A DNA stretch of 64,000 nucleotides from Elusimicrobiota bacterium (GTDB lineage Bacteria; Elusimicrobiota; Elusimicrobia; Elusimicrobiales; UBA9959): assembly GCA_026388155.1 (NCBI GenBank), contig JAPLKI010000025.1, positions 220,931 through 284,930 of the forward strand, read 5' to 3'. The notes beneath the pieces are model-generated. The model saw nothing but the letters and a program-made list of their open reading frames with translations. It was not told where the DNA came from and searched no databases. The translations under genes were made by a program, and so were the position numbers. Shown here piece by piece: positions 9,737-19,659 of the stretch. Position 1 is the stretch's first letter. The number at the start of each line of letters is the position of its first letter.

Positions 9737-10756
9737 ATGGCAAAAATTGACCACCAAATCATGGTTATTACCAGGCTGAGGGAATTCACGGGAAGGGTTC
9801 CAGCGGCCTACGCCAATCAGACGGAGTTATTCATCACCTCACTGTGGAGCATGGCGGAGCATCTCATTAGTTTGAAGAAAGAAATGCTGAATGCAGCGTG
9901 CGCGGATTTCGCCGAGAAGCTGGACAACATGACCGCCACCAGAGAAACGATCGCGGAATTAAAGGATCTAGTCTCCGGCAAGGATTTTGACATGATCTGC
10001 CGGAGCATGGCCGGCAACAATAACGAGAGGACCAAGGAAAGTCTCGCCACACTTGTCCCCCTCTCGCTGGTAGACGAGGAGAAAAAAGAGGAGGGCAGAG
10101 ACACGGAGACGGACCGGCAGATCGAGGAAGCATACGAAGAGTTGAACTTCGCTCACCTGATCAAGGAGCTGAACTCCGAGCCTACGCTCAACGCGATCAA
10201 CGCGGTGCTCGCAAAAGCGAGGGCGGAGGTTGAAGAGTACTGCCGCTTTTATCATATACCGCTGGACGGAGGCAACACCTTCACTCCGTCCTCACTGTTG
10301 CGCCTGGATGCGGTAATCGCGGCGTGCTATCGTATTCTCTCTTACATCAGCGACAATATAGGTTCCGGGAAACTGATACTGATAGTTGACGATGATGAAG
10401 CGATACGGGACATGCTTGATTTTTTAGTGCGCAAAGAAGGCTTCAAGGTCGCGAAGGCGGCCGACGGGGATGAAGCTGTTCAAAAGGCTAAAACCCTGCA
10501 TCCTAATCTTATCCTGCTTGACCTGATGCTGCCCAAACAGGACGGGTTTAAAATTCTGCGCGAACTTCAAGGTGAAGGCACCTCCGATATTCCCATAATA
10601 ATAGTGACCGGCCGTTACCTCGACCGATCCACCAAGGAGATGATAAAGCAGGAACCGAATGTAAAGGATTTTATGGAAAAACCGATAGAGCCCCAGGGTT
10701 TAGCCACCCTCCTGCACACGCTCCTTAAAACACATGAACACAAGGGGCACGCCTGA
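9737..10756 (+). CDS. Response regulator paralog 2 (tandem duplicate of 8467-9501)
   Basis: Collinear, visibly high identity to the upstream ORF; receiver motifs intact. Confidence 0.85.
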   Translation: MAKIDHQIMVITRLREFTGRVPAAYANQTELFITSLWSMAEHLISLKKEMLNAACADFAEKLDNMTATRETIAELKDLVSGKDFDMICRSMAGNNNERTKESLATLVPLSLVDEEKKEEGRDTETDRQIEEAYEELNFAHLIKELNSEPTLNAINAVLAKARAEVEEYCRFYHIPLDGGNTFTPSSLLRLDAVIAACYRILSYISDNIGSGKLILIVDDDEAIRDMLDFLVRKEGFKVAKAADGDEAVQKAKTLHPNLILLDLMLPKQDGFKILRELQGEGTSDIPIIIVTGRYLDRSTKEMIKQEPNVKDFMEKPIEPQGLATLLHTLLKTHEHKGHA

Positions 10757-10893
10757 AACCATAGGCGGCATAAAGCCCGTTATAATGAGTCCGGCAGGCC
10801 CTGCACTTTTTTTATAACGGAACCGGCCCCCAACCGGACTGTCTTGCGGACTGTACAGGAAAACCTCAGCGCCGGTCCTGTTCCCAAAATCAC

Positions 10894-11892
10894 CTAAAAA
10901 GTTTTTGTTACTTTTTTCAGGCCTTTGGGGTTGTCGGGGTTCAGGCCTTTTTCCAGGGCGAGGCGCAGCGCCAGCATTTTCATTTTAACATCGGTCAGCA
11001 GGCAGTTGAAAGGAAACTTCCCGCCTTCCGGGAAAACGCTCTCGCAGGCGGTTCCTCTGGCCTCAAGGGCTTTTTTGACTTTCAGCAGATCCTCCGGCAG
11101 GTTTGAGGAAGGACTGAGAAGGAAAACAAAATCCTTTGAAGTATAGGCCCCCACCGGGCCGTGCAAGAACTCCGCCGCGGAATATCCCACCGCGTGAGAA
11201 CGGCTCATTTCCCTGAATTTCAAGGCGGAATCCTCGGCCACGGCGTTATAGGGGCCCCTGCCCACAAAACCGATTATCGGAGCTTTTTTGAGCCTGGCCC
11301 AGTCTTTCGGCAGTTCGAAGCCGTCTGAGATAGAATCCTCCAGCGATTCTTCCGTCTGCTCAAAGATTTCTTCGCCAAAGCAGCCGCTCCAGATTTGCGC
11401 GGTCCACAAAACCGCCCATAACTGGAGGGCGAAGCTTTTAGTGGCTGCCACCGGCAGTTCTTTTGAATTTGAAAGCAAAATACGCGCGTCCGCCGACCGG
11501 GCAAGCGGATTTTCGCTCAGCAACGGCTCATTGGTCACTGCCACGGATGCCGCGCCCCATTTTTTAAGCAGCTTCAGGCAGGCAATGATGTCTTCGCTTT
11601 TGCCGGACTGCGAGAAGGCCCATACGGCCTGGCCTTTGAAATTAAGCGGTTTTTTAGCCTCAAAGATAGAATGCGGGTGGATGAAGTTCGTAATCACTCC
11701 CGCATAAACTTCCCAGATATACTTCGCAAAAAGCGTGGCGTTGCCGGAACTTCCCCGCCCGACAAGATAAACGCTGTTGTTTTTGCCTTTGAGCGCCGTT
11801 TTTTCAAGCCCGTGCGCCCTTTCGGAAAACAAATGCAGAAGCCTGGGTATTTCCATGATATCCGAATAAGTCAGAGTGTTTTCTATTTTCAT
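10894..11892 (-). CDS. SIS-domain sugar isomerase (GlmS C-terminal-like, probable glucosamine-6-phosphate deaminase)
   Basis: GRGSS, SQSGKS, AATKSF, EFLHGP, NPDNPKGLKKVT; no glutaminase domain. Confidence 0.8.
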   Translation of the reverse strand: MKIENTLTYSDIMEIPRLLHLFSERAHGLEKTALKGKNNSVYLVGRGSSGNATLFAKYIWEVYAGVITNFIHPHSIFEAKKPLNFKGQAVWAFSQSGKSEDIIACLKLLKKWGAASVAVTNEPLLSENPLARSADARILLSNSKELPVAATKSFALQLWAVLWTAQIWSGCFGEEIFEQTEESLEDSISDGFELPKDWARLKKAPIIGFVGRGPYNAVAEDSALKFREMSRSHAVGYSAAEFLHGPVGAYTSKDFVFLLSPSSNLPEDLLKVKKALEARGTACESVFPEGGKFPFNCLLTDVKMKMLALRLALEKGLNPDNPKGLKKVTKTF

Positions 11893-12740
11893 TCTGAGCC
11901 TTTTACGATCTTGCGCTTTATTGAGCGCAGGCGGGTGAGGGCGTCCTCAACATTTTTCAAGTCCATTCCGGTGCTGCCGTAGTGGGCGTGCTCGATAGGC
12001 GAATCGGGACAGATATAGGTGCCGCGCCGCACGCCTTTCGGGTCGCGCTCCAGCCCCAGCCAGAGAAGCCAGGGTTTTATCACCGCGAAGTTTTTTGTCA
12101 GAATTTCGGGCCCGCTTTTTTGTATTTCCCGCGCGTCGCCGAAACCATCCAGAATCGCGCCGGGATGGTAACCGGCTTCCTTGGCGGCCAAAACATCCAG
12201 ATGCGTATCGCCGATGACAAAAACCTCCCCCGGCCTTATCTTTGTCTTTGTCATTTTTTCGGCCCTTTCCACTGCCTTGCGCAGCACATCGCTTCTGTGA
12301 CGGGAATCGCAACCGTAGCCGCCGAAAGAAAAATATTCCAGCAGGCCGGACGGCTCAAGCTTCAGAAACGCCCCCGCCTTCAGATTGCCGGTGCCAAGGC
12401 CTATAAGCAACCCCTTATTCCTTGAAAGTTTCTTAAGCAGTTTTTCCGCGCCTTTTATCTTGGCGTAATTCTTTCCTTTGATCGAAACGATTATTTCGGC
12501 CGGCAGGCACTTTACATAAAGCGCTTCTATTTTACGCGCTTCACCGGCTGTCGGCTTCCTGCCCCTGGCCCGCCTGAAGGCCGCGTCAAAATTAGCCTTG
12601 TCCGTAACGCCCTGCCAGGACAACTTTGAACAAACATCCGCCACGCCGCACATTTTCTTTATAGCTTTATTCAGGGCGCGCACACCCGCGCCCCCGGCTT
12701 TGATCAGGGTTCCGTCAATGTCAAAAAGCACTATTTTCAT
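11889..12740 (-). CDS. HAD-family hydrolase
   Basis: LFDIDGTL motif I, GTGN, IGDT..D motif IV. Confidence 0.85.
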   Translation of the reverse strand: MKIVLFDIDGTLIKAGGAGVRALNKAIKKMCGVADVCSKLSWQGVTDKANFDAAFRRARGRKPTAGEARKIEALYVKCLPAEIIVSIKGKNYAKIKGAEKLLKKLSRNKGLLIGLGTGNLKAGAFLKLEPSGLLEYFSFGGYGCDSRHRSDVLRKAVERAEKMTKTKIRPGEVFVIGDTHLDVLAAKEAGYHPGAILDGFGDAREIQKSGPEILTKNFAVIKPWLLWLGLERDPKGVRRGTYICPDSPIEHAHYGSTGMDLKNVEDALTRLRSIKRKIVKGSE

Positions 12741-14338
12741 GGTTTAGTCACTAAAGGCAAAAAATATTTATCCATCCGCCTGTAGCCGCCGCACATCTTA
12801 AGAGTATACTCTATTACCCGGACTATATCAGCGCCGCGCAAGGACGCTCCGCCGCCTATGCCAAGCCTTTTGCGGGCTAAAGAGAGCGGCTCGGGCCATG
12901 CCGAAGCGGCAAGCGCGAAATTGCGTTCCATTTTGGCAGTATCGCCGCTGTCTGCGAAAAGAAGGGCCTTATTCAGGCACACCCATATATTGCAGCCCTT
13001 TCCGCCGGGGGAGGATCCGTCTCCGGCGGAAAGCCTGCCGGCCGCTTCAAGCTCGCGCAAAGCTTCACGGCGGCGGCCGCAGCGCCGGTAAGCCTCGCCA
13101 AGCCAGGTCCTGGCTTCCGCGTCTTCCGGGGCGGCGGCAACCGCTTTTTTAAGTTCAATTAAGGCGTTTTTAAACTCACCCATTTCCAGGCAGGCCGCCC
13201 CCAGCCAGCAGGCGGCGTGACGACACTTGTTGTTTTTAAGCAATCCGACAGCCCGGCGGTATTGTTTCAGGAACAAGCGCATCTCCCCTTCCCAGGCCAG
13301 CACGCTTTCCTTTTCCGGCCCCGGAGCGGAGGAGTAAGCGGCTTTAAACTGTTCCAGTCCCGCGCGTATCCCGCCTTTACATAATAGCGCTTCGCCAAGA
13401 CTGCAATGAACCACCAGGTGCCGATAACCTATAGTCAGCATATTTTGGAAATCGGCGGCGGCCCTGTCATATCGGCCGGCATAAAGACTGTTCCACCCGG
13501 TCAGATACCTGGCAAAATCGTACTTTCCGGACCCTTTTTCAATAAGAACGCCTAATCGCGCCCGGGCGGCTTCCTTCGCCGAACCGTGTAAGTTCATGTT
13601 CAGGGTGCATTTAAGGTACGTCATAAAACCCTTCAGCCTCGGGCAAGGTTTTTCCTTTCCCAATCTGCGCGCGTGCTCCATGAAATAAGATTTCGGCAAG
13701 CTGTATTCGAGGCACCAGGGGTGGGCTATACTAAGCAGGCCGCACCGGCTCCTGGCTTCGCCGGGCAAGGTGAGCAGCGCGAGGATTTCACACGCCTTTT
13801 CATAATGCGAAAGCATGCAGTAGGCCTTAAAGAGTTCGGCGCTTGAACCGGCGCCTGCCGCGGCCGCAAAATCCAGGAGCGCGGAGCGCATTTCCCCCAG
13901 ATCGCCTTTTTTATCGGCCTCCACGGCCAGCTTCCAGGAATCCGGCATTTCAATTTCACGCAGGTTCCACCCCGGGTTATTAAGCAGCAAAAATAAAAAT
14001 ATGCGGGCCTCTTTAAAGCCCGGTGAAAGTTCAACGGCTTTTTTAAGACAGCCAAGCGCGCGCCCGCGCTCCCCTTTCTGCGCGAGTATGCGCGCTTTCA
14101 GGTAATGCGCGTGGGCTATGCCGGGCTCTACGGCAAGAACATGGTCCACATGCGGCTCAGCTTTTGCCGTATCGCCTAAACGCAGCGCCACTTTGGCAAG
14201 ATACAGGTCCGCCTGCGGAAGATTCACGTTAAAGCGTAAAGCCCGCTCAAAAAATGTTTCAGCCTCCCGCAAATTTCCCCGCTCCAGTGAAGACACCCCG
14301 TTTGTCATCGCTCTGAGGGCGACCGCTGTGTTTGGCAT
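12737..14338 (-). CDS. Tetratricopeptide repeat protein
   Basis: Multiple TPR-like helical repeats (AHAHYLKARIL, EARTWLGEAY); start uncertain. Confidence 0.75.
   Translation of the reverse strand: MPNTAVALRAMTNGVSSLERGNLREAETFFERALRFNVNLPQADLYLAKVALRLGDTAKAEPHVDHVLAVEPGIAHAHYLKARILAQKGERGRALGCLKKAVELSPGFKEARIFLFLLLNNPGWNLREIEMPDSWKLAVEADKKGDLGEMRSALLDFAAAAGAGSSAELFKAYCMLSHYEKACEILALLTLPGEARSRCGLLSIAHPWCLEYSLPKSYFMEHARRLGKEKPCPRLKGFMTYLKCTLNMNLHGSAKEAARARLGVLIEKGSGKYDFARYLTGWNSLYAGRYDRAAADFQNMLTIGYRHLVVHCSLGEALLCKGGIRAGLEQFKAAYSSAPGPEKESVLAWEGEMRLFLKQYRRAVGLLKNNKCRHAACWLGAACLEMGEFKNALIELKKAVAAAPEDAEARTWLGEAYRRCGRRREALRELEAAGRLSAGDGSSPGGKGCNIWVCLNKALLFADSGDTAKMERNFALAASAWPEPLSLARKRLGIGGGASLRGADIVRVIEYTLKMCGGYRRMDKYFLPLVTKP
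12998..13033. repeat. CCGCC/GGCGG palindrome (family D) inside the TPR gene
   Basis: CTTTCCGCCGG...GGATCC...CCGGCGGAAAG; homologous to intergenic 25440-25479. Confidence 0.6.
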
Positions 14339-14424
14339 AATATTTTTGTCTAAATCCGGTGGACGGACGCACAATAGCTCTGAAGCGCTGAAGAATTGAA
14401 ATAAAAAATCCAGGCCTGCAGACT

Positions 14425-15696
14425 TCAGCGCTTCAGCGCTTCAGCGCTAGTTTTGAACCGCAGCGCGCGGCCTTTCTTTACCGTCATCAGGTTAAGGCTG
14501 CCGCCGAAGTAGTAGCAAAGCTCGCGATAATCCTCAGCGTCAAAAACGGCTAAATCGGCCTGCTTGCCGGCTTCCAGAGTGCCAAGCCTGCCGCCCAGCC
14601 CCAAAGCGCAGGCGCCGTTTACGGTGGCGGCCGTTAAAGCCTCCTCCGGCCCCATTTTCAGGCGCAGGCAGGCAAGCGACAACACGAACTGCATGTTCCA
14701 GCAGGGGGCGGTGCCGGGATTGAAATCTGTGGCCAATGCCACCGGAATACCGGCCGCCATCAGTGCTTTTACCGGGGGATATTTTTCAACGCCCAGGTAA
14801 TGGTTTGAGGCAGGTAGCAGGGTTACAATGGTACCTGAAGCTTTAAGCGCCTTAATATCGGCGGCGTTGATAAAATCCGCGTGGTCAACGCTTACGGCGC
14901 CCGCGTGCGCGGCCGCAAGCGTGCCGCCGTAGTTTGAAAGCTGTTCGGTATGTGCCTTGGGTTTAAGGCCGAAGCTTTTCGCGGCCTCCAGATAACACGC
15001 CGTCTGCGCCGGGCTGAAATAGCCCTTTTCGCAGAAAATATCTGCGAAAACGGCCAGCTTTTCTTTGGCCACCGCCGGCATTATTTTTTCAATGGTGTAA
15101 GCCAGGTATTTTTCAGCGTCGCCCTTAAACTCTGGCGGAACGCTGTGGGCGGCTAAAAGCGTTGGGATCATTTCAAGCGCTGTTTCGCGCCCGGCGTTTT
15201 TTACGGCCCGCAGCATTTTCAGTTCGGAGGCCAGGCTAAGGCCGTAGCCGCTTTTTACCTCTATTGTGCCGGTGCCGCACTCAAGGAACTTTTGCGCCCG
15301 TTTCAAAAGCTGGCCGGCCATGGCGCGCGGGTTTTGTTTTCTGACGGACGCTATGCTTGAAACAATCCCCCCCCCGGCGGCTTTTATTTCCTTGTAGGAA
15401 GCACCTTCAAGACGCATGGAAAAATCTTTAAGGCGCGGTTCCGCAAAAACCGCGTGGGTGTGGCTGTCAACAAAAGCCGGTATTACCACGCCGCGGGCTT
15501 TGATTTCGCGGGCTTTTTTGACAAGCGGGTGTTTTATTACATCTTTTTCCGGGCCGGAGGCGAGGATATGCCCGCCTTCAATAAGCACCGCCCCGTTTGT
15601 AATCAGGCCGATGTCACGCATTGCTGAGCCGGAACGCGGACCCGGCGCGCCTTTGAATGTGAGCAGTTGTTTAATGTTGGTAAGGATTAAGGCCAT
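14425..15696 (-). CDS. hutI: Imidazolonepropionase
   Basis: DSHTHAVF, GGGIVSS, EVKSGYGL, DIFCEKG, ATDFNPG. Confidence 0.93.
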   Translation of the reverse strand: MALILTNIKQLLTFKGAPGPRSGSAMRDIGLITNGAVLIEGGHILASGPEKDVIKHPLVKKAREIKARGVVIPAFVDSHTHAVFAEPRLKDFSMRLEGASYKEIKAAGGGIVSSIASVRKQNPRAMAGQLLKRAQKFLECGTGTIEVKSGYGLSLASELKMLRAVKNAGRETALEMIPTLLAAHSVPPEFKGDAEKYLAYTIEKIMPAVAKEKLAVFADIFCEKGYFSPAQTACYLEAAKSFGLKPKAHTEQLSNYGGTLAAAHAGAVSVDHADFINAADIKALKASGTIVTLLPASNHYLGVEKYPPVKALMAAGIPVALATDFNPGTAPCWNMQFVLSLACLRLKMGPEEALTAATVNGACALGLGGRLGTLEAGKQADLAVFDAEDYRELCYYFGGSLNLMTVKKGRALRFKTSAEALKR

Positions 15697-15719
15697 AGTT
15701 ATTTTGATACAGCATCCAG

Positions 15720-15790
15720 CGGATAGGGGCTAGAGGCTAGGGATTTAGAAACTCCTTCCCTAATCCTCTATCCGCTAGCCCCTATCCGCT
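15720..15790. repeat. Heptamer-armed intergenic palindrome, family B (core ACTCCTTCCC at 15751-15760)
   Basis: Arms of ~7-nt units (TAGGGGC/TAGAGGC vs CTATCCG/CTAGCCC). Confidence 0.7.
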
Positions 15791-15793
15791 GCA

Positions 15794-16291
15794 CTACCTG
15801 TAATTATCAAACTGCAGTGTCACTCCGAAATCGCCGCCGCGGAGAAACGTCATTACTGTCTGAAGCTCGTCTTTGGAACGGGAAGTTATGCGAAGGCTGT
15901 CGCCCTGTATGGCGGCTGTAACTTTAAGCTTGGCGTCTTTTATGGCTCTTACCATTTCTTTGGCTTTGTCAATCGGTATACCCTGCTGGATCTTGACCAC
16001 CTGCCTGGCCTGCCCGCCGAGGGCCGATTCCACCTTGCCCGGCTGAAAATTTTTAAGCGGGATATTGCGTTTTGAAAGGCGCGTAAGCAAAACATCATAG
16101 AGGGCTTTTATCTTATACTCGTCCGAGGACAAAAGCGTTATGGCATTTTCTTTTTTATCGAAAGTCATCTCTGAATTGCTGCCCCTGAAATCATACCGGT
16201 TTATCACCTCTTTCATGGCGTTGGCGATGGATTCATCCACCAGATTCACATCCACTTTTGAAACCACATCAAAACTGAAGTCGGTAGCCAT
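15794..16291 (-). CDS. yajQ: YajQ family nucleotide/c-di-GMP-binding protein
   Basis: SFDVVSKVD, RYDFRGS, QQGI, IQGD.LR, DELQ, QFDNYR; strong SD AAGGAGG. Confidence 0.92.
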   Translation of the reverse strand: MATDFSFDVVSKVDVNLVDESIANAMKEVINRYDFRGSNSEMTFDKKENAITLLSSDEYKIKALYDVLLTRLSKRNIPLKNFQPGKVESALGGQARQVVKIQQGIPIDKAKEMVRAIKDAKLKVTAAIQGDSLRITSRSKDELQTVMTFLRGGDFGVTLQFDNYR

Positions 16292-16319
16292 AGTTATTAT
16301 ATCCTCCTTAGATATCGTT

Positions 16320-16407
16320 TAGCGTTTAGGGGCGAGGGGCTAGGGATTAGGGAGTTAGGAATTAAGGAAATACCTTCGCTAACCGCTATTACCTATACGC
16401 TATCCGC
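16320..16407. repeat. Heptamer-armed intergenic palindrome, family B (degenerate core)
   Basis: TAG-rich 7-mer arm, AAGGAAATACCTT centre, CTA-rich arm. Confidence 0.6.
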
Positions 16408-18068
16408 TATTTAATCATCGGTATTTTCACGCCTTTCTTTTTAGCGAAATCTATCGCCTTCTCATATCCGGCGTCCGCGTGCCTGATTACTCCCATGGCC
16501 GGGTCGTTGGTAAGCACTCTTTTAATTCTCAAGGCCATTTCTTTTGTGCCGTCGGCCACGGTAACCTGGCCGGCGTGAAGAGAATAGCCCATGCCCACTC
16601 CGCCGCCGTGGTGGAAAGACACCCAGCTGGCGCCTGAAGCGGTGTTTACCAAAGCGTTTAAAACAGGCCAGTCGGCTATGGCGTCGGAGCCGTCTTTCAT
16701 GGCCTCCGTTTCCCGGAACGGGCTTGCCACCGAGCCGCAATCCAGATGGTCGCGGCCTATCACTATCGGGGCCGAGATTTTTCCTTTTTTTACCAGTTCG
16801 TTCATGCGAAGTCCCATAATATGGCGCTCCCCATAGCCAAGCCAGCAAATGCGCGACGGCAGGCCCTGGAACTTAACCTTTTCCCCGGCCATTTTTATCC
16901 AGCGCGCCAGACTCTCATTGTCCGGGAAAAGCTCAAGGGCGAGCTTATCTGTAACGGCTATGTCTTTGGGATCACCCGAAAGGGCGGCCCAGCGGAAAGG
17001 CCCCTTGCCGTAACAGAAAAGGTCCCGTATATATGCGGGCACGAAACCCGGGAAATCGTAGGCGTTCTTCACGCCCTGCTTGAAAGCCATGGTGCGGATA
17101 TTATTGCCGTAATCAAAAACGACCGCCCCGCTTTTTTGGAGTTTCAGCATGGTTTCAACATGGATAGCTATGGATTCCATAGCCAGCTTCACATATTTTT
17201 TGGGGTCTTTTTTTCTAAGCTCTCCCGCGGCTTTAACCGTGAACCCCTTAGGAATATAACCGTTCAGCGGGTCGTGAGCGGAAGTCTGGTCGGTGAGCAC
17301 ATCCACCTTTACGCCGCGCCGCGCTATTTCCGGCAATACTTCGGCGCAGTTGCCCAAAAGCCCTATAGAGAGCGGCTTTCCAGCCTTCAGAGCTTCACCG
17401 GCCAGTTCAAGCGCGTCATCAAGGCTGCGCGCCATGGTGTCAACATAGGCCGTGTCCAGCCTTTTTTTTATGCGGGTTTCGTCCACTTCGATGATCAGGG
17501 CCACGCCGCCGTTCATGGTAACGGCGAGCGGCTGGGCGCCGCTCATTCCGCCAAGCCCGCCTGAGACCACAAGTCTGCCGGTAAGGTCGCTTTTAAAATG
17601 TTTTCTTGCGCATTGCGCGAAAGTTTCGTAAGTACCCTGAAGTATGCCCTGCGTACCTATGTAGATCCATGAACCGGCCGTCATCTGGCCGTACATCATA
17701 AGGCCTTTTTTTTCAAGCTCGTCAAAGACCTCCCAACTGGCCCAATTGCCCACCAAATTTGAATTGGCTATAAGCACGCGCGGGGCGTATTCATGCGTGC
17801 GCAGAACGCCCACGGGCTTGCCCGACTGGACAAGCAGGGTTTCGTCGTTTTTAAGTTTTTGCAGCGAACTTATTATGGCGCGGTAACAGTCCCAGTTGCG
17901 GGCGGCCTTGCCGCGGCCTCCGTAAACTATAAGGTCATCCGGGCGTTCGGCCACTTCGTTGTCCAGATTATTCATAAGCATGCGCATGGCCGCTTCCTGC
18001 TGCCAGCCAAGGCATGAAATTCTTTTGCCCCTTGGCGCCCTGATATTTTTAATCGGTGAATTGATCAT
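16407..18068 (-). CDS. hutU: Urocanate hydratase
   Basis: [58 protein letters not shown] before ATG 18068. Confidence 0.97.
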   Translation of the reverse strand: MINSPIKNIRAPRGKRISCLGWQQEAAMRMLMNNLDNEVAERPDDLIVYGGRGKAARNWDCYRAIISSLQKLKNDETLLVQSGKPVGVLRTHEYAPRVLIANSNLVGNWASWEVFDELEKKGLMMYGQMTAGSWIYIGTQGILQGTYETFAQCARKHFKSDLTGRLVVSGGLGGMSGAQPLAVTMNGGVALIIEVDETRIKKRLDTAYVDTMARSLDDALELAGEALKAGKPLSIGLLGNCAEVLPEIARRGVKVDVLTDQTSAHDPLNGYIPKGFTVKAAGELRKKDPKKYVKLAMESIAIHVETMLKLQKSGAVVFDYGNNIRTMAFKQGVKNAYDFPGFVPAYIRDLFCYGKGPFRWAALSGDPKDIAVTDKLALELFPDNESLARWIKMAGEKVKFQGLPSRICWLGYGERHIMGLRMNELVKKGKISAPIVIGRDHLDCGSVASPFRETEAMKDGSDAIADWPVLNALVNTASGASWVSFHHGGGVGMGYSLHAGQVTVADGTKEMALRIKRVLTNDPAMGVIRHADAGYEKAIDFAKKKGVKIPMIK

Positions 18069-18120
18069 TGAATCACCCTCCCTGCGGCGGCGGTAATCGG
18101 TCACCGGTTACCCCCGTCTA

Positions 18121-18699
18121 TTATCTTATCCCACGGCATTTGTTAACCAGGTCGCCCACAGTAACGGCCCCGCTGTTTTTGAAAGCGGAAACGAAATGCT
18201 CAAAAATTTTTCTGGTCATTTCCACATCCGCAAGCGCCCGGTGCCAGTGTTCGCTTGAGAGGTTAAGCTCCCCGGCTATGGTACCCAGACGGTTATTGGT
18301 GAATTTATAATGGCCGCGCGCTATTTCGAGGGTATCCACCACAAGCAGATCCGGGAATTTAAGGCCTACCCGGGAAAATTCCATTTTTAAAAAATTTGTA
18401 TCAAAAGGAGCGTTGTGCGCCACTATCACCGAACCCTCAAGCAGATCCAAAAGCTTCGGCGCCACATCCTCAAAGACGGGGCTTGAACGCACCATATCGT
18501 CGGTGATACCGTTAATTCTTGAGGCGGTATGGGGGATGGGCCCGCCCGGATTTACAAGCGAAGAGAAATGATTGACGCGCGCGTCGCCTTTAAAGCCTAT
18601 CAGCGCCACTTCGCAGACACGCGCGCTGTCAGGCGAGAGCCCGGTGGTTTCCACGTCAATAAAATTAAAAATGGCCGAGTCTATGGTTTGATCAAGCAT
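18121..18699 (-). CDS. DEDDh 3'-5' exonuclease (DnaQ/epsilon-like)
   Basis: DVETTG, AHNAPFD, HRALAD; start uncertain (18699 or 18711). Confidence 0.88.
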   Translation of the reverse strand: MLDQTIDSAIFNFIDVETTGLSPDSARVCEVALIGFKGDARVNHFSSLVNPGGPIPHTASRINGITDDMVRSSPVFEDVAPKLLDLLEGSVIVAHNAPFDTNFLKMEFSRVGLKFPDLLVVDTLEIARGHYKFTNNRLGTIAGELNLSSEHWHRALADVEMTRKIFEHFVSAFKNSGAVTVGDLVNKCRGIR

Positions 18700-18749
18700 G
18701 GTGTGGATCATAAGCAGATTTAAGGCTGTGATAACAACAGCGGCTGGCA

Positions 18750-18825
18750 TATAGAGGCGAGAGGTCAGGGAATGAAGGACTCCTTCCCTATCCCCTATAC
18801 GCCAGCCTCTAGCCCCTACAATCTA
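18750..18825. repeat. Heptamer-armed palindrome, family B (core 18779-18788)
   Basis: ACTCCTTCCC with TAGAGGC-type and CTATCCC/CTAGCCC arms. Confidence 0.7.
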
Positions 18826-18828
18826 TTC

Positions 18829-19542
18829 CTATACCGTGCCGTAGTAAATATAGCGGGCCCAAAAGCCGAAGCCGGCCGCAAGAACTACGCTGAAAACGAT
18901 ATTTAAAAGCGACAGGTCTATAATGCGCTTTTTCCGTATGTGAAACATCTGGAATATCCAGGCCGCCGCAAAAGGCAGCCACCAATAGCCGGGCACAAAA
19001 AAGAAAGCCCACAAAACGAGGCGTTCAAAAATCACAAAATATTTTTCGTCAAACCTGGGGAATTTTTTGCCGTAGAGGTCTTTTTCAACGAAATAAACAA
19101 GCACCGTGGTCACATGACTGACCAGCACCAGCATGGCGGCGACGCCTATCCATTTTTCCGGCCTCAGAAAATCATACCCCGGATAAATCACGGGCGATAT
19201 CATGAAAAGCACATATATATGAAGGATCTGGTCCGTCAAAAAATTTACCGTTCCATCGCGGTAGCCAAGTTGTTTCATGCCGTATATGCGCAGTTCGTCT
19301 ATTAAAAAATGGACAAAGAACATCAGCGACAAAGCCAGCCAGCCATTGAATTTAAGCGGGCCAAGGCTGAACCAGACCGAACCAAGCACATTCCAGGTAA
19401 GCGCGACTGACACGATAAAATGCGTAATGCAGTGAATAAACATGCCGTAAACGGACCTCCGCTTTAAGGTATTCACAAAGTCGAATTGCAGCGTATAGTC
19501 CGCAAGCAAATGCGATAGAAGCAGCCGCCAGAATATTGCCAT
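18829..19542 (-). CDS. DUF3307-like membrane protein
   Basis: LLSHLLADYTLQ, H..H, HFLID, DQILHI His/Asp pattern. Confidence 0.75.
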   Translation of the reverse strand: MAIFWRLLLSHLLADYTLQFDFVNTLKRRSVYGMFIHCITHFIVSVALTWNVLGSVWFSLGPLKFNGWLALSLMFFVHFLIDELRIYGMKQLGYRDGTVNFLTDQILHIYVLFMISPVIYPGYDFLRPEKWIGVAAMLVLVSHVTTVLVYFVEKDLYGKKFPRFDEKYFVIFERLVLWAFFFVPGYWWLPFAAAWIFQMFHIRKKRIIDLSLLNIVFSVVLAAGFGFWARYIYYGTV

Positions 19543-19659
19543 ATAAATTACCTGTTTTCCTCAGAGATTTCGACACGCTCGCCGCAACCTCTTACTGTTT
19601 GGAAGTAAGATCAAACGTTCCGTCCCAATTGTCTCCTTCTGTGCCTTGTGCCTGGCTTA

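Noticed and set aside
10798..10885. Possible additional family A element (GCCCTGCACTTTT)
   Set aside because: Only a degenerate left end; no matching right repeat at the expected distance.
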